DNA from: Candidatus Scalindua sp. | GTDB lineage: Bacteria > Planctomycetota > Brocadiia > Brocadiales > Scalinduaceae | Assembly: GCA_031316235.1 (NCBI GenBank) | Contig: JALDRA010000001.1 | Location: 1 to 32,000, forward strand | Reading direction: 5' to 3' | DNA: 32,000 nt | Shown: in pieces, positions 1-9,068 of the stretch | Numbering within the stretch: position 1 is the first letter of the stretch | How the letters are laid out: every line of letters starts with the position of its first letter | Position numbers and translations under genes: made by a program | The notes under the pieces: model-generated | Database searches by the model: none | What the model saw: the letters and a program-made list of their open reading frames with translations, nothing else | Told to the model about the DNA's origin: nothing

Positions 1-236
1 CCATGAGCCATCAGCCATCAACAATGAGCTTTAATCTTTGAGCCTTTGGCTTTGTTTGTTTTTATACTTTTTAGATTTCACCCATTGCCCTTTCAGCCTT
101 TAACTATGCCATGAGCTATGATCCATCAGCCATCAGCCATCAGCCATCAACTTTGAACCCAGAACCTCTGAACGCTTAACCATGAGCCATCAGCCACATT
201 TATTTGCTTTGCGTTCTTAGCGTCTTTGCGTGATTA
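1..236. repeat. Degenerate heptanucleotide-periodic array, CCATCAG/CCATGAG-type
   Basis: Read directly: ccatgag-ccatcag-ccatcaa at 1-21, ccatcag x3 plus ccatcaa at 123-150, ccatgag-ccatcag at 180-193. The intervening sequence keeps the 7-nt phase with drifting words (ctttgag, cctttgg, tttgcgt). It lies downstream of the 3' end of the 1446-aa TPR gene. Confidence 0.7.
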
Positions 237-338
237 TATTAAAACTTATTTGGTTTTTGATTTTTATAAAAATCTCTATGTGTGCTAATATCAAATTTCA
301 AAGATGTGCCCCCCCCCTTTGTGTGCTGTTCTTATACT

Positions 339-3300
339 CTACTGAGGCTTTATTTTTTCCATTACTTCTCTCGCCTCATCCGCTTCGGGAAATGTGTTAC
401 TGATCTTAAGCGCCTGCTCCAATTCGGACAGTGACAATGTCAGTTGTTTTTTCTTATAATACGCCATTCCGAGGTGATAACGTACAGTAGGATTCCAGGG
501 GATGCCCTTCACCGCTGTTTCAAGTTCTGCTATAGCCTCGTCAAACAGACCATTCAGGTAATATATCCAGCCAAGAGTATCAATTACGGCAGGACTCTTT
601 GGGGCAAGCTCTTTTGCCTTTTTCCCCAGCACGAGGGCATCTTCCAGTTTCCCTGCCATCTTCGTTGCGTAGAGAAATGCAAGATTGTTGTATCCAATCG
701 GTGATGATGGTTGTAATTCAATCACTTTGTTATATGATGCGGCTGCCTCTTCAAGGGTACCCATTGATTCCTGGAGAATACCCAGGTTCAAATAAGCGGC
801 AGCATTGGACGGGTCAATGGTTATTAATTTCTTATACTGAACTTCCGCATTTTCAGGTTGTCCCATACGATTATAGATACCGGCAAGTTTGGTATAAACT
901 GACGAAGATTGTGGCTCCAGTTCTCTGATCTTATTGCAGATCTCCAGAGCCCTATCATCTTCTCCAAGCATGATTAATACATCGGCCTGAGCATGATACG
1001 CAAGTGTATTAGAGGGAACTATCTTTGACAATTCATCATATTCCCGGAGAGCACGTTTAAACCACTTGTTGTTAGTATACGCTATGGAACGGCTTAAATG
1101 ATTGACTGCCTTATGAGCTGCTCCACTATTGGTTCTACAAAATTCTATTAAATCGAGAAATCTCTTTTTCTGTGAATCATCGAGCTGTTTTAAGCCATGC
1201 AGATTTGCAGCTGCACTCGCAGATTCACCCTTTATCATATGTATGGTTACCATGCACAGGCCTGGTATTATGCCGTCCGGTTCGATGATCAAAGCTTGAG
1301 AGCAGGCTTTCTCCGCATTTTTATCGTCTCCATTCATGATGTAAGCGATTGCCAGATTGCACCATAACAGGGCGTTATCAGGAAAATTTTCTACCCCCTG
1401 TTTATAAAGGGCAATTGAATCATCATATTGGCCAATATCCAGATAGAGAATTCCAAGTCTGTAGGCATCTATAAAGTGTGGATTATCAACTAATACGATG
1501 TTCAACTGATTTATTGCTTCAGGTATGTTGTCATTCATCATATAGATTTTTGAAAGTAAAGCACGGGCAATCTGGTTCTCTGGCTCCTGATCAAGCGCTT
1601 TCATCACCACTTCGGTGGCCATACTGTTTTTATCCAATGCCAGATAACTCTCTGCTAAAGAGATGTATAATTCAACTTTGGTTGGATAGCTGTTTATTGC
1701 ATTTTTACATTCATCTATTGCTGCCTGGTGGTTTCCCATGAGTGCATATGAATTTCCGAGTCCCAGGCGGGCATCAAAGTTGTCCGGATCAATCTTCAGT
1801 GCGGTTTTGTACTGAAGATTTGCAATGTCTGGTTGATTAATCCTCAGGTTTATGTGGGCGAGGTTCAGGTAGGCAGGGATGAAATCAGAATTTATATCGA
1901 TAATTGTATTAAATTCTGCTGCTGCTTTGTCCAGCATCCCTTTCTTTATATAAGCTGCGCCAAGGATGTTGTGCAGGGAGATATTTGAGGGATTTAACCG
2001 TAAACCAATTTTACAATGCTCAACACACTTATCAAAATCGTCTTGTGCAAATGTAACCTTAGCAATATTAAGATAATCTATGTCTGTTTCACGGTCAAAT
2101 TTGAAGATCGTTGAAAATTCCTCCTCCGCCTTTCCGTATCTCTCATTTACCAGGTTTATTTCACCCAATAAATTATGCGCTAATAAATTGTCTGGTTCCA
2201 GCTCCATAACTTCTCCAATCATCCTGGCCGCATCATCTGTTGAACCCCGTTTAAGAAGCAGACCTGCAAGGTTCAAACGAGCAGTTACCGACTTATCATC
2301 CATTTTAATGACATCATGGAAGGCTGCAATTGCCTCATCCTGCTTTTGTGCCATAAGATACGCTTTACCCAGATAATCATAAGATGATACAAACTCAGGT
2401 TTGCTGTTAATAATCTCGGTATACACCTTAATTGCCTGCTCTTTTTGATTAAGAGAGAGATAGGTATCCGCAAGGAAGATTTTCGCTATGATATTTTCTG
2501 GAAATATCTTTGCGGCACTGGTAAATTCCTGAATAGCGGCAGGGGAAAAACCCCTTTGCCTTGCAACTATTGCCTTATTAAGTGCCAATGTAGCCTGCTT
2601 ACCTTTTTCACTGTTTTTCCGGCAGAGGTCTATTAGTTCAGAATACTCCTTTTTCTCATCATCATTCAGCATGAGAATTGATTCAACCTGTTCCTTTGCT
2701 TTCGTCACCTCTCCATTCGCTGCGTATATGTTTGCCATTATAATTCTAAAAGAAGGTACCTCCTTTTTTAATTCAATCGCTTTTTGACCGTACAAAATAG
2801 ACGCCTGGCGTTTTTCTGCCTGTTGATATGCAACGGCAAAATCAGTGTACAAGAGAGCGTTTTCAGGATCAATTTTAAGTGCCCTGTTGAATAAGCCTAT
2901 AGATTCATCAATCCTTCCCTGCAATAAATATAAGCTCGCTAGTGCATAAGCTGGAAGATAATCAGGCCTTACCGCCAAAACCTTTTCAAAGGTCGTTGTG
3001 GCTTTATCAATATCACCTCCATTAACGTAAATATTTGCCAGGATCATGAGTGCGTTCACGTTGTCAGGATCGATACTGATCAGCTTTTCCAGTGATTTAA
3101 TTGCCTCTTCGTTTTTTCCGGCTAAAACATACGCCTTGGCAAGATTTATATAGGTGTTGATAGAACCCGGAACAATTTCAACGACCTTTTTAAATTGTTC
3201 AATACCTTTGTCAAATTCCCCCTGTCTTATGTGGGCGAGTCCCAGAATATCACAGGCATTGGCTTCTTCGGGATTTATTGTAATAATCGCTTCACATTGA

Positions 3301-4679
3301 CGTATACATTTGCTCAATTGACCGGATACGAGACTCAAATAAGCCAGATTGATATCACCAACAGACGGTTTTAGTTTCAGGATATCTTTGAACTGTTTTT
3401 CCGCAGATTTGAAGTCCCGGGTTTCTATATATGCCATGCCGATAATTTGCATGGCATCCACGTTTTCCGGATCTAAATCCAGGACATTCTTACAGAGTTT
3501 AATTGATTCCTTGTGCCAGCCCTCCCGTGTCAGCAATCTTGCAAGACCAATTTGTGCCGGAAGGAATGATGGAGCAATGTCTATGGCTGCATTAAATTCT
3601 GTCTTAGCTTCCTCTATTTGATCGTTTTCCGCCAGGGCAAGTGCCAGAAAATAATGTGCATGAGCGAACCGGGGCAGTTTTTCAGTTGCTTTCCTCAACT
3701 GAAATATTGCCGTTGTATACTCTTTTTTCTGTAGCAGCACACTTCCTTTTACAAAGTAAACTATTGGCGGTATGTTTACTGATTGCCCCAGCTTAAATAC
3801 CTTTTCCGCCTCACGAAGTGCCTCATCATACCTTAATGTTTCGAGGTATAAGATCGAGAGTTGAGTGTGAGCCATTAAGTCATCAGGTTTTTTCTCTAAT
3901 ATCCGCTCTAAGAGTCCAATGGATTCTTCAAACTTACCGTGTTGTTCATAAATCGAGGCCAGATAAAGCAGAATCTGGTAATTGACTGGGTCATTTACCG
4001 ACAAGGCTGTATTACACTGTTTTTCCGCCAGATCCAGATTGCCGTTCGCTATGTATAATCTTACAAGTGCGGTATGCGCATCAATAACGGAATTATCAAT
4101 CTTAAGCGCCTCATTATAATCTTTTATGGCATCGTCGTTCAAACCTTGTGCGGTATGGATATCTCCCAAAAGGATATGCACACGCGTCAATTCCGGATTT
4201 TTCTCCAGTATCTCTACGCATACATCCCCTGCCGCCAACAGTTTTTCAATAACCAGTGATTCACTTTTTCCAAGTTTCCTCAACTCAATAGCTTCTGTAA
4301 AATGAATGGCTGCAAGTTCGGTATATGCGTCGGTAAAATCAGGCCTGATTCTGATTGCGGATTTTAATTCTGAAATTGCCTTCTCGTACTCTTTCAGTCT
4401 GAATAATGACCTTCCCATATAATAGTGAACACCTGCATTCTCAGGATCATTAATCAATTCCTTTTTGAACTCTTCAATTGCCTCAGTGTGCCTGTGTAGA
4501 TTTGCATAGATACGGCCTTTTTCCAGGCCTTGTTTGCCTGTATTCCTGTTCCTCAATGATACACCGTATATCGCCAATGATGAAAGAATTACCACAAAAA
4601 TTGGCGCAGCTACAAAAATGAGCCAAAACTTCCATTTTTTACTTTTATTTTTTCTGGGTTTTTTTTCAGAGGTATTCAT
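339..4679 (-). CDS. Giant membrane-anchored tetratricopeptide-repeat protein (PEP-CTERM/exosortase-locus TPR protein, PrsT-like but much longer)
   Basis: Uninterrupted 1446-codon ORF. The N-terminus is Lys-rich with one hydrophobic helix (KWKFWLIFVAAPIFVVILSSLAIYGV), followed by dozens of 34-aa TPR-like units. All plus-strand ORFs inside it are short shadow ORFs. Confidence 0.85.
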   Translation of the reverse strand: MNTSEKKPRKNKSKKWKFWLIFVAAPIFVVILSSLAIYGVSLRNRNTGKQGLEKGRIYANLHRHTEAIEEFKKELINDPENAGVHYYMGRSLFRLKEYEKAISELKSAIRIRPDFTDAYTELAAIHFTEAIELRKLGKSESLVIEKLLAAGDVCVEILEKNPELTRVHILLGDIHTAQGLNDDAIKDYNEALKIDNSVIDAHTALVRLYIANGNLDLAEKQCNTALSVNDPVNYQILLYLASIYEQHGKFEESIGLLERILEKKPDDLMAHTQLSILYLETLRYDEALREAEKVFKLGQSVNIPPIVYFVKGSVLLQKKEYTTAIFQLRKATEKLPRFAHAHYFLALALAENDQIEEAKTEFNAAIDIAPSFLPAQIGLARLLTREGWHKESIKLCKNVLDLDPENVDAMQIIGMAYIETRDFKSAEKQFKDILKLKPSVGDINLAYLSLVSGQLSKCIRQCEAIITINPEEANACDILGLAHIRQGEFDKGIEQFKKVVEIVPGSINTYINLAKAYVLAGKNEEAIKSLEKLISIDPDNVNALMILANIYVNGGDIDKATTTFEKVLAVRPDYLPAYALASLYLLQGRIDESIGLFNRALKIDPENALLYTDFAVAYQQAEKRQASILYGQKAIELKKEVPSFRIIMANIYAANGEVTKAKEQVESILMLNDDEKKEYSELIDLCRKNSEKGKQATLALNKAIVARQRGFSPAAIQEFTSAAKIFPENIIAKIFLADTYLSLNQKEQAIKVYTEIINSKPEFVSSYDYLGKAYLMAQKQDEAIAAFHDVIKMDDKSVTARLNLAGLLLKRGSTDDAARMIGEVMELEPDNLLAHNLLGEINLVNERYGKAEEEFSTIFKFDRETDIDYLNIAKVTFAQDDFDKCVEHCKIGLRLNPSNISLHNILGAAYIKKGMLDKAAAEFNTIIDINSDFIPAYLNLAHINLRINQPDIANLQYKTALKIDPDNFDARLGLGNSYALMGNHQAAIDECKNAINSYPTKVELYISLAESYLALDKNSMATEVVMKALDQEPENQIARALLSKIYMMNDNIPEAINQLNIVLVDNPHFIDAYRLGILYLDIGQYDDSIALYKQGVENFPDNALLWCNLAIAYIMNGDDKNAEKACSQALIIEPDGIIPGLCMVTIHMIKGESASAAANLHGLKQLDDSQKKRFLDLIEFCRTNSGAAHKAVNHLSRSIAYTNNKWFKRALREYDELSKIVPSNTLAYHAQADVLIMLGEDDRALEICNKIRELEPQSSSVYTKLAGIYNRMGQPENAEVQYKKLITIDPSNAAAYLNLGILQESMGTLEEAAASYNKVIELQPSSPIGYNNLAFLYATKMAGKLEDALVLGKKAKELAPKSPAVIDTLGWIYYLNGLFDEAIAELETAVKGIPWNPTVRYHLGMAYYKKKQLTLSLSELEQALKISNTFPEADEAREVMEKIKPQ

Positions 4680-4723
4680 AATATGATTTTCAGATAACGG
4701 TTAATATGATCGGCCATCGTTAA

Positions 4724-4863
4724 TATACTAAAACCGATTTGGTTTTCGGTTTTACCGGAAACCAAATCTTGGTGAAGGTATCCCCGGACAAAAAGCGCCG
4801 AGGACTTGTACTCGCTCAATTTTATCTCGGATTTTATCCGAAAACCATTATGAGATGAGTATA
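4724..4863 (+). mobile_element. MITE-like element family 1, copy A (140 bp, carries a 28-nt internal insertion)
   Basis: tatactaaaaccgatttggttttcggttttaccggaaaccaaatcttggt...ccgaaaaccattatgagatgagtata. It is near-identical to the copies at 9941-10052 and 11299-11411, with TATACT/AGTATA termini and two internal hairpins. Confidence 0.75.
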
Positions 4864-4898
4864 AAATAAAAACATTACTGTATATCTATTCTATGTAA

Positions 4899-5084
4899 AC
4901 ATTGTCCGGTCAGGTTATTGCGGAGGCGGCTTTTGTCATACCCGAACGTTTTTATCGGGTATCCAGAGGCTTGTTCATCCTGGATTCCCGCTAAAAAAAG
5001 CATGTCCGAATAGCTACAGGCTGGCGGGTATGACAGCTTTGAGGCAATTAATTAACTCCGCAAAAACCTGACCGGACACTACTG
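4899..5084. mobile_element. MITE-like element family 2, complete copy (~186 bp foldback)
   Basis: ~25-bp terminal inverted repeats (attgtccggtcaggttattgcggag / ctccgcaaaaacctgaccggacact). Nested internal inverted repeats (gtcatacccg...cgggtatgac; gggtatccag...ctggattccc). Flanked by an identical 11-bp direct repeat attctatgtaa (4888-4898 and 5085-5095). Confidence 0.7.
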
Positions 5085-5097
5085 ATTCTATGTAACC

Positions 5098-5628
5098 TTA
5101 TCTCAACATAATAACGTCAATCTTTTGATAATCCCCTTTTCCTGATTCACTATCGTTTAAGTCAGTTGGAAAGGATTCTTCCTTCACTTTTACTATTAAT
5201 CTTTCATTCCGGAGCGAAAAGTTGGCAATAAGGAATTTTTTTACGTTTTCTGCCCTTGTAAGAGGCAAAGTTATAGTATCCCCTTCGCTACCTTTTGAAT
5301 CAGTATATCCAATTATCATAAAATTAAAATTGTTCAATGTGCTGCTTTCTAATGACCTGCCTATAGCAGCAAGCGTATTATACGAATCGCTGCTTATTTC
5401 AGTACTATTTTCATTAAATATGATATTACAGGAGACCCCGCTCATGTTATTTAATAAGGGCTTATCTTTATCTGAATGGATATAACTCGAATCCATAGTA
5501 TTTCCATTCAAAATATTTACTATATACTCTTCAGTGATTACTTCATCCGCCAGCAGAGAAGCATGATAAGAATTTAAGATGAAGATTATTAAAGATATAA
5601 CAATTGAAATGTGTTTAATAAAATCCAT
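5098..5628 (-). CDS. OmpA-C-like domain protein with signal peptide
   Basis: N-terminal hydrophobic signal (ISIVISLIIFILNSYHASLLA). C-terminal motif IIGYTDSKGSEGDTITLPLTRAENVKKFL matches the OmpA/MotB peptidoglycan-binding pattern (G-x-TD-x-G...L-x-x-RA-x-x-V). Its start overlaps the stop of the upstream gene by 1 nt (TAATG). Confidence 0.7.
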   Translation of the reverse strand: MDFIKHISIVISLIIFILNSYHASLLADEVITEEYIVNILNGNTMDSSYIHSDKDKPLLNNMSGVSCNIIFNENSTEISSDSYNTLAAIGRSLESSTLNNFNFMIIGYTDSKGSEGDTITLPLTRAENVKKFLIANFSLRNERLIVKVKEESFPTDLNDSESGKGDYQKIDVIMLR

Positions 5629-7772
5629 TATAGTTCCAGTATTTTTAAAATTTCACCCTTATATTCATCATTAATTTCTAATTCCAGGGCTTTTTGAAGG
5701 TTCTCCACAGCCAGCTGCTTTTCATTACTTTTAAAAAGGGACATCCCCAAATGGTATCTATAAAGAGGATTATCAGGGTTTTTGCCAACTACATCTTTTA
5801 AGGTGCTTACTGCCTGTTCAAAGTCATTATTACAATAGTACCACCATCCCAGGGTATCTCTTATTTTAACATCATCAGGTGAATTGGTAATTGCTTTTCT
5901 GACATAGGGATAAGCAGATAATTTTTCATTGAAATATACAAGATAAACCCATGCAAGGTTATTTAATAATGTACTATCATCTGGATAATATTCTAATCCC
6001 TTCTGGTATATCAGCCTTGCATTATTATAGTCTTTTATCCTTTCATACAAACTTCCCAATGCCTGGTAGGATTTTTGAAAATTTGGATTTAAATCAATCG
6101 TCTTATGTAAAAACGTAATGGCTGACTCCAGGTTGCCTTGAACTGTTTCTATCTCCGATAGATAATAGTACGGTATAATACAATCCTCGTTCATGGCAAT
6201 TGCTTTTTCGAAACATTGAGAAGCTTTTGAAAAAGCACCTTTATCCTTATGGAAATTGCCTATTACGATAAAAGTTAAAAAACCTGGATTATTTTCCTCG
6301 TAATCCTTTAGATATATTTCAGCATTTTCCCCTGTCATCCTTACTAATTTAAAGACTTCCAATTCTAAAAACAGTCTTTCAATATAACTGAAATCGATTT
6401 TCGAAAGCTCTTCTTTTGCTTGAGTAAAGTTTTCATTATTTACCGCAAATAATGAATTAAAATAGGAAGCAATTGGATTGGTTGAATCAAAAGAATCAAC
6501 AACTTCAAACTCGTATTTCGCCTCATTCAAATAACCCTGTAAATATAATGCGATCCCATTGACCACATGAGCACTCATATTATCAGGTTCTAACTGAAGG
6601 ACAAATCTCGAATGTTCTGAAGCCAGATTATATTGTTTCTGATAAAGATATATATTTGCTAATAAGAGATGTGGTTTTGTAAAGCCGGGAAAATTGATTA
6701 TTGACTTTTCAAGAAACTGCTTTGATAATAATAATTTGTCCTTAATTAAATAAATCAGTCCTATATAATAGTTAATTTCATAAGATCCAATATTTTCCTT
6801 TTGTATTTTGTTGAACGTCGATAGCGCAAGGTCAAATTCGTTCTTCCTTAGATAATATTCTCCTAAAAGTAACGAGGAATAATAACTGTCATCTTTGTTA
6901 TCAGTCAATATTTGAATAATCTGGTATGCATCGTCAAGTTGATTTAAATGTAAATAAGTTCGTGTGATTTTAGTATACAAATCAACAGAATAAGGATATT
7001 GTTCTCTCGCGGTTTTTAAAATTGCAGCTACTTTATGATAGTTATTTGTCATTATGTACAAATTACATAATGACATTAAAACGTTTATATTATGTTTGTC
7101 TATTTTCATTGCTTCCCTTAAATTACTTTCAGCATCTCTATATCTGCCCGTTGCTATGTAATAGTTCGTTAAGGCTATGTACGCATTAATGTCATTTTCT
7201 GATAGAAATACTGATTTTACATAGTATTCTTCCGCTTTAATAAGTTCACGTTTTAAAAAGAAGATATTTGCCACTCCCAAAACAGCTTTTGTTGATTTTT
7301 CATTTAATGTAAGAGCGAAGTTGAAATATTTTTCTGCTTCTATAAGTGAATTACTTTTTAAACTTATATTGCCTTTTAAGATGTAATTTTCTGCAATTTT
7401 ACCATACTGAGACTCTATTGTGTCAGACAACTTAACCGCCTTCTTCATGTCTCCCGAAAGAAGATAAATATATGCTATAAATATTTTCAGCTCTATTGAC
7501 TTCGGTTTTGACATTTCAAATGAAATAATTGCACGCTTGAAATCTCCTAATTTGAAAAATGATATCCCTTGAATTAAATAATATTCTTCTGTTTTGGATT
7601 TATCATCATCAATCCTGTTCAGGATTGATAAAGTATTTGAATATTGTTGTAACTTCAAATATTCTCCAGCAAGCTTCAATTTTTCTGAGTTATTTAATGT
7701 ATTATCTTTTGTGCAGCCCAAAACTATACAAAATACAATCAGACAAGTAATGTAAATTGGCAATGTTTTCAT
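5628..7772 (-). CDS. TPR-repeat lipoprotein (PrsT-like PEP-CTERM-system TPR lipoprotein candidate)
   Basis: 714-aa ORF with a lipobox VLGC after a hydrophobic leader (LIVFCIVLGCTKDN), then TPR units throughout. There is a 4-nt ATGA overlap with the upstream ORF. Confidence 0.75.
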   Translation of the reverse strand: MKTLPIYITCLIVFCIVLGCTKDNTLNNSEKLKLAGEYLKLQQYSNTLSILNRIDDDKSKTEEYYLIQGISFFKLGDFKRAIISFEMSKPKSIELKIFIAYIYLLSGDMKKAVKLSDTIESQYGKIAENYILKGNISLKSNSLIEAEKYFNFALTLNEKSTKAVLGVANIFFLKRELIKAEEYYVKSVFLSENDINAYIALTNYYIATGRYRDAESNLREAMKIDKHNINVLMSLCNLYIMTNNYHKVAAILKTAREQYPYSVDLYTKITRTYLHLNQLDDAYQIIQILTDNKDDSYYSSLLLGEYYLRKNEFDLALSTFNKIQKENIGSYEINYYIGLIYLIKDKLLLSKQFLEKSIINFPGFTKPHLLLANIYLYQKQYNLASEHSRFVLQLEPDNMSAHVVNGIALYLQGYLNEAKYEFEVVDSFDSTNPIASYFNSLFAVNNENFTQAKEELSKIDFSYIERLFLELEVFKLVRMTGENAEIYLKDYEENNPGFLTFIVIGNFHKDKGAFSKASQCFEKAIAMNEDCIIPYYYLSEIETVQGNLESAITFLHKTIDLNPNFQKSYQALGSLYERIKDYNNARLIYQKGLEYYPDDSTLLNNLAWVYLVYFNEKLSAYPYVRKAITNSPDDVKIRDTLGWWYYCNNDFEQAVSTLKDVVGKNPDNPLYRYHLGMSLFKSNEKQLAVENLQKALELEINDEYKGEILKILEL

Positions 7773-8716
7773 CTTTGAGTGAAAATTCTTGTAACAATTG
7801 CAATAACTAAAAATAAAAAAACGAGATATATTAATGCTTCTATTTTATTATTTACAAGATAAGCGAAGAGACTTATCGATTTGTTGAATAAACTAATTAT
7901 CCAGGTTTCACTTTCAAGAGAGGAACTTTTATTTCCCCCTGTTTGAGTTTCTTGAGAGGAGACATTCTTAACAGCTGATTCAGATTTATATGTCATGTTT
8001 TGATTGGCACGTAATCCTTTAATTTCAAGGTTCAGAGCTATTTCAGATAATAACAATGCTTTTTCAAATTTGTTGGATTTTGTGCTTAAAACAATGTTAT
8101 TCAATAAAGTGTCTAATTCAGACAAATTATTATCAGCTTGAGAGATTCCAGAATCACCTTTTTGCTCTTCTCCATTTTCTTCCCCTTTATGCTCATGGAA
8201 GTAATTTTTTTTATTAATAGTTGGGATGTATTCTGAATGTAATTGATCAGGTTTGTCTGCAAATAAAGATTTATATCTGTTATTTATCTCTTCCAACTCT
8301 TGCAATATAGAGAATATCCTGTTTTCGAGTTCTACAATCTCAATGTTTTTATTAAAATAATTTCCTAATTGCCCCCATAGAGTAAAATCGAAATATTCAG
8401 ATTTTATGTAATAATCTATTGCCGGGTAAGCATTAACAGCAGAAAGCGGAATGAGTTTACCATATTTTGCTTTTGTCAGGCCAAACTCTATAGAATTTTT
8501 TTCTGTGCTTATAAATGATAACGAACTAAACAAATAGATATTCGGGTCTGCTGTCTTTTCCTGTTTATTAAAATAATAGGGCAATTCTTTTTCTTTTAAT
8601 GTCGGGAAAGTGAGGTTACTTTCTGCCACCGCTAAGCTGGAGCAGACAATAAAGCTATAGAAGAATAAAAAGATACTCTTAATTTTTCTCAGTAGTGTCC
8701 GGTTAGGTTTTTGCAT
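7769..8716 (-). CDS. Hypothetical secreted/anchored coiled-coil protein
   Basis: 315-aa ORF with a signal-like N-terminus (IFLFFYSFIVCSSLAVA), a charged central region and a C-terminal hydrophobic helix plus basic tail (LIYLVFLFLVIAIVTRIFTQR). No recognisable family. The first codons lie inside the family-2 MITE terminal repeat, so the start is uncertain. Confidence 0.55.
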   Translation of the reverse strand: MQKPNRTLLRKIKSIFLFFYSFIVCSSLAVAESNLTFPTLKEKELPYYFNKQEKTADPNIYLFSSLSFISTEKNSIEFGLTKAKYGKLIPLSAVNAYPAIDYYIKSEYFDFTLWGQLGNYFNKNIEIVELENRIFSILQELEEINNRYKSLFADKPDQLHSEYIPTINKKNYFHEHKGEENGEEQKGDSGISQADNNLSELDTLLNNIVLSTKSNKFEKALLLSEIALNLEIKGLRANQNMTYKSESAVKNVSSQETQTGGNKSSSLESETWIISLFNKSISLFAYLVNNKIEALIYLVFLFLVIAIVTRIFTQR

Positions 8717-8849
8717 GTTTAATTTATTTCCCTGAAGCTTTCATTCCCACCCGCCTGTACCTATTCGGGCAGGCATGTTTTTAGCGGGAATCCAAGATCC
8801 AAAAACCTCTGGATACCCAATAAAAACGTTCGGATATGACAAAAGCCGC
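8690..8849. mobile_element. MITE-like element family 2, inverted and truncated copy
   Basis: cagtagtgtccggttaggtttttgc...agcgggaatcc...ctctggatacccaataaaaacgttcggatatgacaaaagccgc aligns with the reverse complement of 4899-5084. The second terminal repeat is missing; the homology stops at 8849. Confidence 0.65.
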
Positions 8850-8851
8850 TA

Positions 8852-8880
8852 TATACTACACCCCTTTAAGTAAGCAGGTC
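8852..8880 (+). repeat. 29-bp repeat, partner A (tatactacacccctttaagtaagcaggtc)
   Basis: Matches the reverse complement of 29498-29527 (tatactgcaccccctttaagtaagcaggtg) with 2 substitutions and 1 indel. Confidence 0.7.
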
Positions 8881-8905
8881 ATTACAAAACTGCTATTTTG
8901 CAGAT

Positions 8906-9068
8906 CTTCATTCCTCATTCTGTATTCTGCATTCTTTGTTCATACTTCTGCATTTTCTCAATTCTGCATTCTGCATTCCTTGTTTATACTTCTGCATTTT
9001 CTCAATTCTGTATTCTACAATCTGCATTCTTTGTTCATACTTCTGCATTTATACAGTCTGCCTTTCAA
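8906..9068. repeat. CATTCTG-type heptanucleotide array organised as three 44/44/51-bp higher-order units
   Basis: Units at 8918-8961 and 8962-9005 (ttctg[t/c]attctgcattc[t/c]ttgtt[c/t]atacttctgcattttctcaa). The third unit, from 9006, carries a 7-nt insertion. The array fills the gap between the family-2 MITE and the epsI stop codon. Confidence 0.75.

Noticed and set aside
444-4259. Eight plus-strand ORFs of 61-109 aa inside the giant TPR gene
   Set aside because: They are shadow ORFs antisense to a continuous 1446-codon gene, with no motifs and no independent start context.
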